A DNA stretch of 64,000 nt from Podarcis muralis (Eukaryota): NCBI RefSeq assembly GCF_964188315.1, contig NC_135667.1, positions 18,972,001 to 19,036,000 of the forward strand, in the 5' to 3' direction. This document shows, piece by piece, positions 11,960 to 26,900 of this stretch (the stretch's first letter is position 1; each line of letters begins with the position of its first letter). The position numbers were made by a program, and so were the translations under genes. Under the pieces are notes generated by a model, which was given only the letters and a program-made list of their open reading frames with translations, was not told where the DNA came from and searched no databases.

Positions 11960-14900
11960 AGTGTTAAAAAAGATAAAACACATGGAGCCATCAAAGGGAA
12001 TGCTATCTACCTTTCCAGTTCTGCGTGAACCCAGCACTTGTTCCTGAGAATCTGCCACCTAAATTGGAGATATAGCTCCAAAAATAGCACCCTCCCTCTT
12101 GAGCTGAAAAATGAAGAAATTTCTGCCCAGTACTCAGTCTCTATTGAGGAAAATTAAAAGAATGAAGACTTCTCCATCAAATGGCTAATCATTTAGGGAA
12201 AATCCAGACTGGAAGGGTTTGGAATAAATGAGTCCAGTGCTCTTTTTAAAAAGGGGGTACCCAAGGGTACGCAGTACTGGCACCTCTGTTATTATTGTTG
12301 TTACAAAGTGTGGCGCTTAGTATAACAACTTCATGGTGAGTACCAGCACCTATTTTTCGGGGGGGGGGGGGGAGGACTGAATAGTTCAATCTAGTGAGGA
12401 TAACCATTTTGGTCAGAGCTAGTCTATCCATTAGAGCAGTGTTTCCCAACCTTGGGTCTCCAGCTGTTTTTGGACTACAACTCCCATCATCCCTTGCTAG
12501 CAAGACCAATGGTCAGGGGTGATGGGAATTGTAGTCCAACAGCAGCTGGAGACCCAAGGTTGGGAAACACTGCATTAGAGTGAAATCTTCTGGTTTTCAT
12601 CTCATAATATCCTTGCTGGTTGTTTCCCACAGTTTTTAAAAATTGCACTTAAGGAATCGAATTAAGTCTCACTGGAATATGTTTTATACCCAGGTTGAGT
12701 GTGTGCAACCAGTGGAGGGGGAAAGTCTGGATTATCATTGCAAAGAGCCACATGCAGGACCAGAAGGATTTCCCCCCCCCCCCTTGTTGTTGTTTCTTCT
12801 TCCTCCTCTTTTGTTTGTTTGTTTTGCCAATTTTCCCCAAAACAAAAACAAACAAACAGAAAGATATTTTCCAGCCAGCAAGACAGTTGTCACTGTTGAA
12901 TGGTTTCTTTAAATTTGAAGGTTCATTATTGTTCCACAAGATGTGTATGTCTTTAAGGGCCAAAGCAAATAACGTGACTTAGTTTTACAGCTGTGAAGCA
13001 GTATAGCAGGTGCTTTTAAGTTGTGTTAATTAAGCTGTGTCAGCAATTGGGTATAGTATATAAAGAGCTCTCTCAGTACCCTGGTGGTTGGGTCATGCTT
13101 ATTGCTATATTATAATGTAGAAGGAGTTTTTGGTTTTGTTATTAAAACCTAGCAAAAGTTATTTTGAGTTCCTTGTAATGTGTGGTCTCCCCAGCAAGCT
13201 CTCTGCAGCGCAACCACCGTATTTTTCGCCCTATAGGACACACTTTTCCCCCTCCAAAAATGAAGGGGAAATGTGCGTGCGTCCTATGGGGCGAATGCAG
13301 GCTTTCGCTGAAGCCTGGAGAGCGAGAGGCGTCGGTGTGCACCAACCCCTCTCGCTCTCCACGCTTCAGGAAGCTATCTGCAAGCCTTGCGCGCACGGTG
13401 GGAGGTCCCGCCGGGCGCGCGAGGCTTGGGGCAGCAGCCTGCAGCCCGAAGCATAGGCGCCCTCCAGAGGATGCCCCGTGCTTCGGGCAGGTGTCCGCAA
13501 TCCTTGCGCTCCCGGGGGGAGGTCCCGCCGAACGCGCAAGGCTTGGGGCGGCAGCCTGTTCTTGGGGCGGCAGCCTGTTCTGGGAAGCTTGGGCTCCCCC
13601 CCCCCCAGCCCTGTGGCTGGGGGGGGGGGATAAATTTTTTTTATTCATTCCCCCCCCCCAAAACCGAGGTGCGTCCTATGGGCCAGTGCGCCTTATAGGG
13701 CGAAAAATACGGTAATCTGCAAATAGCCAACAGTCACGGCCCTTTATCCTCCACTTTTTCTTTCCTGGTGCTATTTTAAAAATTGCTATAGGTGGGAAGA
13801 AATCTCATCTGACTTGCTAACTGGTTCTCTGAACTTGGGTTTGCCCAGGTGTGGTGCTGGACTCATCTATTGCAGAAGCGGGACAGCTGGAGATTAGGCT
13901 GGTGAACGGTACAAGTCATTGCAATGGAATGGTTGAATTTCTCCATAATGGCCAATGGGGCACCATTTGTGATGACGACTGGGGCATCGAGGAAGCCACA
14001 GTTGTGTGCCGACAGCTAAGATGTGGACCTGCAATATCAGCCACACTTGAAGCACAATTTTGGGGGGGAACTGGACCCATCTGGCTGGATGAGGTCCGAT
14101 GCTCAGGGACAGAATCAGAACTCAGTCAGTGTCCTGCAAGCAACTGGGGAGAGCATGACTGCACACATGAGGAAGATGCTGGTGTTGTCTGCTCAGGTAA
14201 GTTGATCACTTATGTCAAGCCCTGTTTTGTTTGCTTTTTACATTGTCATGTGCATTATCATGTACATTAGAGTTGCCAATTGACCAGATAAATGTATCCT
14301 GAATGAATCCTGTGCCTTTTAGGCCAGCCTGATATGCAAGATCTTGCAAGTGGAGCTTTTCATTGGCTGGAAAGAAGCATAATTACCTCGCAAAGCCTAC
14401 ATGACCAATTGCTTTTAAAACCCCAAATCAGAGACCAGTAATAAAATTGTCAATCCCAGATGTGACCAAGTCTTCCCAAGATTAATTTACTAGCTACTTT
14501 CTAGATGGTGATTTTTTTTCTTTTGGAAGTATTGTTTACAGGCAAAAGGAGAATGAGGGGGCAGCTGGCTCTCTGAAGTCATAAATAAATACAAGCACTA
14601 TGCAAGCCCTGCCCACTGATGCAGTTGGAGTCTAGGCTTGGCAATCCAAATTCAGATTCTGAACTCCAAATCTTCAGAACTGCCATTCACTCCCATTCAC
14701 TCTTTTGGTCATAACTTTTGTTTTTACACTTCTGAGCATTAAATTTGGAGAAACTGTAGTTCTTCAATATGGAATTAACCCCAAGAACAGTCAGAAACAG
14801 CCCCAGGGTTGATGTTTTGTTTTTTTAAAAATCAGTTTTCATTAAAGATGTTCTTGTGTTACAAAACAATCAAATAAACAAGGAAAAGTACATATTGCAC

Positions 14901-17900
14901 CTCTGTTTTGATTCATATTTACTCCCTTAAATCAAATATAAAAAACATTACTGCTTTTCCCCTAGCCTCTCTTCCACTTTTCCAAGTCACCCCTTCAATC
15001 TGCCTGAATTCTCAAAGCAAAAAGCCTGCCTTGCAGGAAGAAGGACTATAATTAGCCTTATGGCTTGTCCCTTTATCTTATCCACTGTCCTGCTTTCAAA
15101 ATGATCATGCAGAAGAGAACTACATCTTGTCTCATGTGCTACCTCACTCTCTGGAATTTGCTTTCCTCAGGCATGACATTAGATTCAGATGCTGAAGACT
15201 CAAGTCAAGTGGAAATCAGGCTGGTGAATGGTTCAAATCACTGCAGGGGAAGAGTTGAATTGCTGCATAATGGCCAGTGGGGCACAGTATGCGGTCACTA
15301 CTGGGACCTTGAGGATGCCAGAGTTGTATGCCGGCAGTTGGGCTGCGGAGATGCAGGATCAGCCCTACAGAATGCAGAATTTGGAAGAGGCACTGGCCCC
15401 ATATGGCTGGATGATGTCAGATGCACAGGGACAGAATCAAATCTCTATCAATGCCCCAAAATGCTATGGGGAGAACATGACTGCAGACATGAGCAGGATG
15501 CAGGTGTTGTGTGTTCAGGTGAGTTCATAAACTATGAATTGATCCTACATGTTGGTTTTCACATTATCAGGATTTATTTCAAATATTTACAGCCTGCTCT
15601 TCATGGCTAAGAAGGCATCTCAAAGCAGATTACAATTCTGAAAAACGAAAGGAAAAACCCAACATTAGTAATAATAAAGCATAATAATAGGGAAAGTGAG
15701 ACCCTAGAATACTTTAAAAGATAAAAAAACCCATAACAAGTCAAAACAGAAGAAAAATTCCATGTGTATGTGTACATATGTCAGGAAATCATCCAATCGT
15801 CTTGAAACAAGGTAACAGATGTTTATTTTATTATTTTATTTTATTATTTCTTTAAAATATATTTTCACACATACTGATTCCAAAATGGTGCTTATTCCAA
15901 AATAAACATGCTTATGGGCAGAAAAGGTAAACTTTGGCCTCCACCAGACAGTCCCTGGGTTTTTCAGGTTGGATTCAACCACATACTGGCAAATTTAGGC
16001 TGTGAAATTAAATCTGAGTGGGAGAGGTTGTGCCACCCCCACCCCCCGCCAAAGGATCAGACTTTTTGCCATGAGGAGAATAATGGAAGAATGCACTGGG
16101 TAGTTTGAGATGTCATCCAGCTTTCCCTCAAACCAATCAGCATCACTGCTCAATAAACAAGTCCGTCAACCCAATCAGGGTTGGAAAACTGCCATTTGCT
16201 TGTTTTGTTCTTCTTGCATATCAGGAATGTAGAAGCAGATGTAAAGCATGGAATAGCAGGGGCGGGGTGGGTGAGTGGAGAGAAACACTGTGTGATTCAT
16301 AACTGATTGCAGAAGGGTTGGCAGATGTATGTCCATGGTCTGAAATTACCAAGCTTCACCAGTGATAAATATGGTTCTTTGGCATATGAAAGACCTTTAA
16401 ACAGTTTGACTTCTTTTTCTCCCACTCAGTCCTGCAGGTACATTGGCATGGAGGAATGGCTCCACCAACAGACTTCAGCCAGGATAGCTCATTGTAACCT
16501 CCACAGTCAGAGGCAGGATACTGGGCATTTAAGACAAAGAATATAGGATGGTCACCACTGCTATGTGGGGCTTGTGAGCAGCTAATGGCATCTAGAGGCT
16601 GTGGGTGGTCTTATCTGGCTGATCTTACCCAGCAAGCTAGTAGTTATGCCCTTTTAAGCTATCCTGATGCTACTTTCAACATAATTGCACAAAGGACAAC
16701 TTACCACTCCTCTTACCCACTATCCTGAATTTGCTTCACCCAGGTCTGAAGGATTCAACAGAGATTGCAGGTTTAGGCCCCTTGGAAATCAGGCTGGTGG
16801 AAGGTCAAAGTCGCTGCAGTGGAAAGGTTGAAATTTTCCTTAATGGTCAATGGAACATTGTTTGTGACGATGGCATGAATATTGAGAAAGCCAGAGCTAT
16901 ATGCCAACAGCTAGACTGTGGAGATGTAATCCTGTCTACAAAGGAGGAACGATGGAGAAAAAGAACTGACTTTATCACACTAAGAGACAGCATTTGCGCA
17001 GGAACAGAATCAGCCATCCATCAGTGCCAAGGAAGGCTTTCAAAAATCTTAAACCCGTGTCAATATGCTGTTCTTGTGTGTTCAGGTAAGTTCATAAACT
17101 AAGGCTTGATTTGCACTTTCCCAGTCCCTGAAGGCAGCCAGTGCCAATGCTTTGCCAGACCTGTTCCTATTCTCACAACACAGACCATAATTGTTGTCAA
17201 AAATCATACAAAATCACATGATTTGGAGACATATAGAGGGGGAAGAGACTGAGGGCACAGAATTGTCCTTTATGGCAGGGCCGCCATCTTGCCCTCAGGA
17301 TCATGGGTGCCCACCACCGCAACATGCCTGCATCTTGTGTGTGTAATGTCACATGTTAGACTCTCAATGTTTCATTGCGTTTTTGGAGAGCTGCTCCTCC
17401 AAAAAAGTGATGCAAGGTTGTGCATGTGTGTGATGACACACATCTGTGTCTTCTGGCGGATCCTCTTCCTCCTCTCTGCCACCAGCAAGGCACCCTTTTT
17501 GTGGGGTGGGGCTCAGATGCCTCCGCGTCCGAGGCCACCTCCCCTCCTGGAAAAGGGTGACTCACTGACTGGCTGCGGAGGGCAGAGCTGAAAGACTTGT
17601 CTCGGAGGTGTCGCTGCAGAGGCTGGATGGCTGCCCCTCTCCGGCTTTGCTCATTGACTTTGTGGGTGCCCAGCCTCCCACCCCAACCCATCCCTGGAGT
17701 TGGCACCTATATGGCATTTTAGGGGAAACAGGGAGCCAGCAAGACTGCAGGCAAAACTCCCAAAGGGGAAAGTTCTCGTGGAATACGGTTGAAGAGAGAT
17801 CTGACAAATAATGAAGCTAGAGATCTAAGAGGGAAGAACCACCATGAATTGCCATTCTTGAATGAAGCACTTGCAGAAAACATTTCTTGGCCTTCTGTAA

Positions 17901-20900
17901 CCTGCTGGGGCAAGACTACAGCTATCCAACCTGTAACTAAACATACTATGATTGTTGTTGTTGTTGTTTAGTCGTTTAGTCGTGTCCAACTCTTCATGAC
18001 CCCATGGACCAGAGCACGCCAGGCACTCCTGTCTTCCACTGCCTCCCGCAGTTTGGTCAAACTCATGCTGGTAGCTTTGAGAACACTATCCAATCATCTT
18101 GTCTTCTGTCGTCCCCTTCTCCTCATGCCCTCCATCTTTCCCAACATCAGGGTCTTTTCCAGGGAGTCTTCTCTTCTCATGAGGTGGCCAAAGTATTGGA
18201 GCCTCAGCTTCAGGATCTGTCCTTCCAGTGAGCACTCAAGGCTGATTTCCTTCAGAATGGATAGGTTTGATCTTCTTGCAGTCCATGGGACTCTCAAGAG
18301 TCTCCTCCAGCACCATAATTCAAAAGCATCAATTCTTCAGCGATCAGCCTTCTTGATGGTCCAGCTCTCACTTCCATACATCACTACCGGGAAAACCATG
18401 GCTTTAACTATACGGACCTTTGTTGGCAAGGTGATGTCTCTACTTTTTAAGATGCTGTCTAGGTTTGCCATCGCCTTTCTCCCAAGGAGCAGGCATCTTT
18501 TAATTTCGTGACTGCTGTCACCATCTGCAGTGATCATGGAGCCCAAGAAAGTAAAATCTCTCACTGCCTCCATTTCTTCCCCTTCTATTTGCCAGGAGGT
18601 GATGGGCCCAATGGCCATGATCTTCATTTTTTTGATGTTGAGCTTCAGACCATATTTTGCCCTCTCCTCTTTCACCCTCATTAAAGGGTTCTTTAATTCC
18701 TCTTCACTTTCTGCCATCAAGGTTGTGTCATCTGCATATCTGAGGTTGTTGATATTTCTTCTGGCGATCTTAATTCTGGCTTGGGATTCATCCAGCCCAG
18801 CCTTTCGCATGATGAATTCTGCATATAAGTTAAATAAGCAGGGAGACAATATACAGCCTTGTCGTACTCCTTTCCCAATATTGAACCAATCAGTTGTTCC
18901 ATATCCAGTTCTAACTGTAGCTTCTTGTCCCACGTAGAGATTTCTCAGGAGACAGATGAGGTGATCAGGCACTCCCATTTCTTTAAGACCTTGCCATAGT
19001 TTGCTGTGGTCGACACAGTCAAAGGCTTTTGCATAGTCAATGAAGCAGAGTAGATGCCTTTCTGGAACTCTCTAGCTTTTTCCATAATCCAGTGCATGTT
19101 TGCAATTTGGTCTCTGGTTCTTCTGCCCCTTCGAAATCCAGCTTGCACTTCTGGGAGTTCTCGGTCCACATACTGCTTAAGCCTGCCTTGTAGAATTTTA
19201 AGCATAACCTTGCTAGCGTGTGAAATGGGTGTAATTGTGCGGTAGTTGGAGCATTATTTGGCACTGCCCTTCTTTGGGATTGGGATGTAGACTGATCTTC
19301 TCCAATCCTCTGGCCACTGCTGAGTTTTCCAAATTTGCTGGCATATTGAGTGTAGCACCTTAACAGCATCATCTTTTAAAATTTTAAATAGTTCAGCTGG
19401 AATATCATCACTTCCACTGGCCTTGTTATTAGGAGTGCTTTCTAAGGCCCATTTGACTTCACTCTCCAGGATGTCTGGCTCAAGGTCAGCAACCACACTT
19501 CCTGGTGTATACGAGACATCCATTTCTTTCTGGTATAGTTCCTCTGTGTATTCTTGCCACCTCTTCTTGATGTCTTCTGCTTCTGTTACGTCCTTTCCAC
19601 TTTTGTCTTTTATTGTGGTAATCTTTGTACAAAATGTTCCTTTCATATCTCCAATTTTCTTGAACAGATCTCTGGTTTTTCCCATTCTATTGTTTTCCTC
19701 TATTTCCTTGCATTGCTCGTTTAAGAAGGCCTTCTTGTCTCTCCTTGCTATTTTTTGGAAATCTGCATTCAGTTTCCTGTATCTTTCACTATCTCCTTCG
19801 CATTTCACTTGCCTTCTCTCCCCCGCTATTTGCTATTTGTAAGGCCTCGTTGGACAGCCACTTTGCTTTCTTGCATTTCCTTTTCATTGGGATGGTTTTA
19901 GTTGCTGCCTACTGTATAATGTTACGAGCCTCCATCCATAGTTCTTCAGGCACTCTGTCCACCAAATCTAAATCCTTAAACCTGTTCCTCACTTCCACTG
20001 TGTACTCATAAGGGATTTGACTTAGATTGTATCTTACCAGCCCAGTGGTTTTTCCTACTTTCTTCAGTTTAAGCTTGAATTTTGCTATAAGAAGCTGATG
20101 ATCTGAGCCACAGTCAGCTCCAGGTCTTGTTTTTGCTGACTGTATAGAGCTTCTCCATCTTTGGCTGCAGAGAATATAATCTGATTTCGATGCTGCCCAT
20201 CTGGTGATGTCCATGTGTAGAGTCGTCTCTTGTGTTGTTGGAAAAGAGTGTTTGTGATGACCAGCTTGTTCTCTTGGCAGAACTCTATTAGCCTTTGCCC
20301 TGCTTTGTTTTGAACTCCAAGGCCAAACTTGCCAGTTGTTCCTTTTATCTCTTGACTCCCTACTTTAGCATTCCAATCCCCTATAGTGAACAGAACATCC
20401 TTCTTTGGTGTCATTTCTATAAGGAGTTGTAAGTCTTCATAGAATTGGTCAATTTCAGTTTCTTCAGCACCAGTGGTTGGTGCATAAACTTGGATTACTG
20501 TGTTGTTAAAAGGTCTGCCTTGGATTCGTATCGAGATCATTCTATCATTTTTGAGATTGCATCCCAGTACAGCTTTTGCCACTCTTTTGTTGACTATAAG
20601 GGCCACTCCATTTCTTTTACGGGATTCTTGCCCACAGTAGTAGATATGATGGTCATTCCAAACTGAATTCGCCCATTCCCATCCATTTTAGTTCACTGAT
20701 GCCCAGGATGTCAATATTTATTCTTGCCATCTCATTTTTGACCACATCCAACTTACCCAAGTTCATGGTTTTTACATTCCAGGTTCCTATGCAATATTTT
20801 TCTTTACAGCATTGGACTTTCCTTTCATTTCCATGCATATCCGCAACTGAGCGTCCTTTCGGCTTTGGCCCAGCCGCTTCATCAGCTCTGAATCTATTTG

Positions 20901-23900
20901 TACTTGTCCTCCGCTCTTCCTCAGTAGCATGTTGGACGCCTTCCGACCTGGGGGGCTCATCTTCCAGCGTCATAACTTTTATATGCCTGTTGTCTTTGTC
21001 CATGGAGTTTGCTTGGCAGGGATGCTGGAGTGGCTTGCCGGTTCCTGCTCCAGGTGGATCACGTTTGGTCAAAACTCTCCACTATGACCTGTCCATCTTG
21101 GGTGGCCCTGCACGGCATAGCTCATAGCTGCTCTGAGTTATTCAAGCCCCTTCGCCACGGCAAGGCAGTGATCCATGAAGGGGACACTATGATTACTTAT
21201 ATACTAAGTGATGTAGTGATGAAAGGTGTGGGTTGTTGTTGTTTTTAGTTTTTATCTATTGGTCTGATGTGAGTGGTGTATATAGCAAAAGGCTATATTT
21301 TTAAGTTTGCTATGGATATATTTCTATGTCATGTTTTCTGCTTAAAAGCCTTCTAAACAGCTCACAAAACAGTATTTTTAAAAATTCCACTAAAGAGGAT
21401 GGGATGGGCTCCCAGCTTCAAGCACTGACTGATTGGTCTGATCCAGCAACATGGTGGTCACTCCCCTTTTTCTCACCCACTTTTTATACCCTGTTGCTAC
21501 TTTCAGAATGGTTATACATAGGATGAATTTCTGTAATCCCATTTCCTCACCCACTCTCTGGCATTTGCTTGACCCAGGTGTAGCTTCAAACTCAGATGCT
21601 GCAAACTCATCCCAAGTGGAAATCAGGCTGGTGGGAGGCTCAAGTCGCTGCAGTGGAAGGGTTGAAGTGCTCCTTCATGGCCAGTGGGGCACTGTATGTG
21701 GTCACGGCTGGGACATGGAGGATGCCAGAGTTGTATGCCGGCAGTTGGGCTGCGGAGACGCAAGATCAGCCCTACGGAATGCAGAATTTGGAAGAGGCAC
21801 TGGCCCCATATGGCTGGATGATCTCCGATGCACAGGGACAGAATCAACTCTCGGTCAATGCCCAGCAAGGTCTTGGGGGGCACTGAACTGCAGTGATCTA
21901 AATGCTGCTGTGGTTGTATGCTCAAGTAAGTTCATTATCTGCATTACTCTCGAATAAGAAGCCTTGGGAAGAAGTAATTCCTATCATGAAAAAAGTGCAG
22001 GTTCTTGCAGCACTGTTGTCATGAACTGACTCATACCCACCAACTGCCCCAAGCGTAACTGGTGTGGTGGCACTGGGCACAGAGCTTCTGGGGCTGTGCA
22101 GCAGGTACCATCGCTATTACGTCCAATAGAAGGCGAGAAGTTGGGGAGGCAGACTTCGGCCTCACAGGGTGCACTGAAATTTGAGGCTCCAGGGTATGCA
22201 GCTGAGCGGGGAAAAGGAGTGGGACTGGCAAGGCAGGGAGTCAGGCTTGTGGCTGGCTGAAGTGAGCCTTGGTGCAAGATGCAGGACGACTGCTGCAGGT
22301 CTCTCACTTCGTATGAGCCCTGGCTCCTCTTGTTGCACTAATTCTCTCTTGGCTGCAATGCACTCCCTAGGAATAAATACCTTTGAACTCAGTGCAACTT
22401 TCTGCTGAGTAAACATGTTACACATTACAGTGTGATGGTCTTCCCTGGCACCAATCTCGGCAAGTTTCCCAACAAGCTCTGTAAGCAAATTTGAAAAGGG
22501 TTGTTGGGTGGCAAGAGAGCTGGAATTGGGCAAAAACCTCTGACATCATTTCTTGCAGACTTGTAGGTGTCCCTCAGCTTGGTTTTTTGGCTCAGCTACA
22601 TCTGCAAATAAAACGTTTTGAATGTGTTGTAAAGTGCAATATACAATTGTGACACTAGATGAGCTATAGCAAATTCAATGCATTTTTCAAAACGTTTGAA
22701 ATGGGAGTCTTAAAGTGGTTAGTGGGAGGTGGGGAGTGGGGAGTGGGGAGGGGACCCTGGATTATATTCCCACATGCTAGGAGTGGAGAATGCTACCCGC
22801 AGTGGGGAAGAAATAAGGTAACGATAACTTCCAGATTATTCTAGGCTTCAGTCACGACCTGTTAAATTTTGCCATGTTCCACCCAATCACCCACTTGACC
22901 CTAAAGAGTCTGCCCTGTTCCCACCTGTCCCCAGGGTCCACCTAGAGGAAGTTGGAACTCTTTATTTTAATTTACAGATTCATAAACTATTCCACAACAA
23001 AAAGTTACTGAAGCAGTGTCTAATAAAATAAGTTAAAACAAAACATTAAAGGTTACAAACCCAGTAAATGGAGACTGTGTGTGGTATTCTACTGCATTTT
23101 ACTCAGAGTAGATCCACTAACATTAAGATGACTGAGTTAGGCCCGTTAATTTCAGTGGGTCAACACTGAGTAAAACTTTATTTATACCACCCTATGAAAC
23201 CATTTCTAAAATTATACAGTTTTTATTCTCTAAAATGACTGGGTCACGTGCATTGTGGAAAGCCATTTAAGTAAAATTTTTGAAAAGGTGCCAAATATCA
23301 AATTGTTAGGTGCTTTTCTGATTTCCGGTGACCCCTTATTCTAGAGGGCTGGAGCTGCAGTATGAAAAGCACAGTCTCACTCTCATCTGACGAGTGCAGT
23401 CGCCAGGCACTCATAGGTAAACTGGTCCCAAGCTGCTACTGGCTAATATATGCTAATGCCCCTTTTTTCATCTGAGAAATGTTGGAGAGTAAGCTGGCTG
23501 GATGCAGCTCCTGACAAGTGTTCCCCTTCCCCTGCAGTTTGTCTTCTGACAAGTCCTTTTTCTCATTGTGGACTGTGGTAAAATTATGCAATTAATTACA
23601 TAAGTTATGCTGCCACTATATTTTCCCACCTCATTCATTTTAGTGCAAAGGAAATACAATGGATTTGGGGAGCAAATGCCACCAACTGCATCTTTTGGGG
23701 TCTGAAAGCAACAACAGAGAATATTGATTGTATTTGCTGGATTTATCTCCATTCTGGACATGGGATGAATCAACAGATATCTGCAATTGCTGCTTCTGTT
23801 TCTATTTTCATTACAACTGACTAAAATCCCTATGTGATCTTCCCCTCCACCTGCATGAATTTTAATATGATAATTTACCTCTACTAGCAGCAAGACATGC

Positions 23901-26900
23901 AGGCATTTCTGTAGGTTCCTTCCCTGGATGTGTTACTATAAGTCTTTTTTGTTCCATCAGAGCTCCGTTTCATAAATGGCTCGAGTAACTGCTCTGGACG
24001 GATTGAGGTGTTTCACAACCAGCTGTGGGGGTCCGTTTGTGGCGCTGGCTGGGATTTACAGGATGCCAACGTTGTTTGTGGAGAAATGGGCTGTGGAAAT
24101 GCCTTAAGAGTGCGAAGTGAAGCTTGGTTTGGCCAAGCATCTGGTCCCATTTGGCTGGAGAGAGTTAATTGTACAGGAGAAGAAACATCCTTCTATGATT
24201 GCCCCAGAGGTCCCTGGGGAGAGCACAACTGCAGCCACAGCCAGGATGCAAGTGTGGAGTGCTCAGGTAAGGTTCTCTCTTAGGAGTCAGTGAATCCTCT
24301 GTAGGGGGAAGTTTGGAAAATCCCAACTATCAAGTTCAAATTATTATTGCAGTATATCCAGTTCTGGGATGTGGATGGCGCTGTGGGTTAAACCACAGTG
24401 CCTAGGACTTGCTGATCAGAAGGTCGGCGGTTCAAATCCCCGTGACGGGATGAGCTCCCGTTGCTCCATCCCTGCTCCTGCCAACCTAGCAGTTTGAAAG
24501 CACGTCAAAGTGCAAGTAGATAAATAGGTAAATGGCGTTTCCGTGCGCTACTCTGGTTCACCAGAAGCGGCTTAGTCATGCTGGCCACATGACCCAAAAG
24601 CTGTACACCGGCTCCCTCAGCCAATAAAGCAAGATGAGCGCCGCAACCCCAGAGTAGGCCACAACTGGACCTAATGGTCAGGGGTCCCTTTACCTTTACC
24701 TTTATATCCAATTCTGCCAAGAAATTGGTGCAAGATACAAGATTTAAATATATGGATATTTAGAAGATGAATACATGCACACGCTTTCACACACTCGTAC
24801 TTGTATAGAGAGTTTGTGCACAAGTGTTAAGGGTAATCTGTGAAGAACCCCATACCCTTGGGCATGTCCTGGGTCTTTAATTTATGTGATGCCTTTTTCT
24901 TCATGGGACCTTCCTTCACGAGGTTGCTTCACACTTTATTGAAATCCCCTGGACAACATGGAGGCTTCATGAAAGTGAATCACCCTTAGACATGTTAGAT
25001 ATCTTCCTTTGCCTCCTTTCTTTTGCCTGGTGTCCCACCTGAAGGAAACATCTTCTGTCACTGAACCATATTACAGATGTTCACATGTTGCATTAAATGA
25101 GTGCACACAATACACAATAGTAGAGCTGTAAAAACCAGCAAGTGTGCACTCTTTCACACAATCACTCACACATGTGTAGAGACAGTTTTACCTGTGATTC
25201 TCTCCTGGGGTTGGGTGAGCTTGCTGTTTTGACTTTGGGGGTGAAGGGGTCCCCCAGGGCTGCAGGGGAGGGTGCCTGGGAAAGAGAGAAAGGGCAGGAG
25301 AGAAACCCAGACCATAAAATGGCTGGTGGGCTGAGAGCATCAATGGCACCTTCTGGAGGCAAAATTCCTGGCTAAGCACCCTGAGTTTATGAATCCTTTC
25401 GTGCATTAATTAGATTTAAGCCTGTTGGTTATATGAGCCTGATTATCGCACAGAAACAACAGATGTGCCTTTCAAAAATTCTAGAACCACCAGAGGCCAG
25501 ATTGGTGAACGGCTCAAGCTTTTGTTCTGGAAGGGTTGAGGTGCTCCACAACCAGCAGTGGAGGACAGTGCGTTCTGTTTCCTGGAATCTGCGTGATGCC
25601 CAAGTAGTGTGCAGGGAAGTTGGCTGTGGACCTGCTTTGTCAGCCGAGAAAGGACCTCACTTCGGAAGAGGACATGGCCCCTTCTTGTGGAAAGATACAT
25701 TCTGTTTTGGGACAGAAGCTGCTCTCAGATACTGTCAAAAAATTGACATGTTCCATAAAGCAATTTTTGAAGACTATTTTGAAGACTATTTTGAAGACTA
25801 TTGGAAAGATGTTGGTGCTGTGTGCTCAGGTAATGGGTGTGAATGCATTAAAGGGTGCCATACTGTGGACATAGAAATTGGGTATAAGTTAAATCAGTCT
25901 GTCTCTTTTGTTGGCAGCATATTGGTATTGGTAGTCATGAGAAGGGAGAAGAGATACAGTCCACAATGCATCTTTCCTTTTTCCCACATCCCTCTCTCCT
26001 TTCGTGCTTATGTCTGATGCAAAATCTAATCTTGTAGCTCTTATACTTTCAAAGGGTGGATCTTTGAAATTTAAAGGGTTTTTTTTTAATGCAGTGGTGG
26101 GGAACAACTGACACACAGGCCATATGCCCTGCAAAGGAGAGTTTCCTTATACAGGCCACATCATAGGTTTTTGCTTGGAGGGAAACCTGCTAATGGAATG
26201 AATAGTTTTTCCTCAAGACTAAATGCTGTGTTTGAAAGATTAGGGGAGGGATTGAGGGCACAAGGAGAAGGGGACGACAGAGGATGAAATGGTTGGACAG
26301 TGTTCTCGAAGCTACCAGCATGAGTCTGACCAAACTGCAGGAGGCAGTGGAAGACAGGAGTGCCTGGCGTGCTCTGGTCCATGGGGTCATGAAGAGTCGG
26401 ACAAGACTAAACAACTAAAAAACAACAACTACACTGTGATTCCTGTGTTGAAAATGACTCCCACCGACTACAATAGGCCTTGAATAAAAGCCTCTCATTT
26501 GGTGTAATAGCAGCCCCCCCCCGCCCCCATTAAGGTTAAATGTGCCACAAAGGGCAATTTTTGGGTTGGGCTGCAGCTGAGGAGTGGAGTCATCCTCCTG
26601 TCCCCAGGAACTACAGCTTGGAGCTTGAGTGACTATAGAAAACCCTCAGCAGAGAAGGTTAAACCAAACGGTTTGTGTGTAACTGAATTGACATATAAGA
26701 AGAACAGGAGGCACTGCTTCTGGAGTTCCTGCTTGTGGGGTTTTATATTCCAGGCCACATATTTCAGGTTTGAGGTCGGGGACCAGGTCTTGTTGCTTTG
26801 CCAGAAGTATGTGAGGGGGAAACAACTTGACTCAGTTTTATATTTCCTTGACATCTGATGGGAAGGCATTCTGCATTTTAAACCCAAGGTACGATTGTAT

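Noticed and set aside
13130-13715. Cluster of GC-rich overlapping ORFs (also 57115-57868)
   Set aside because: Interiors of MITEs; ORFs arise from low stop-codon frequency.
17996-21127. Plus-strand ORFs of 130-170 aa
   Set aside because: Antisense shadows of the BovB ORF.
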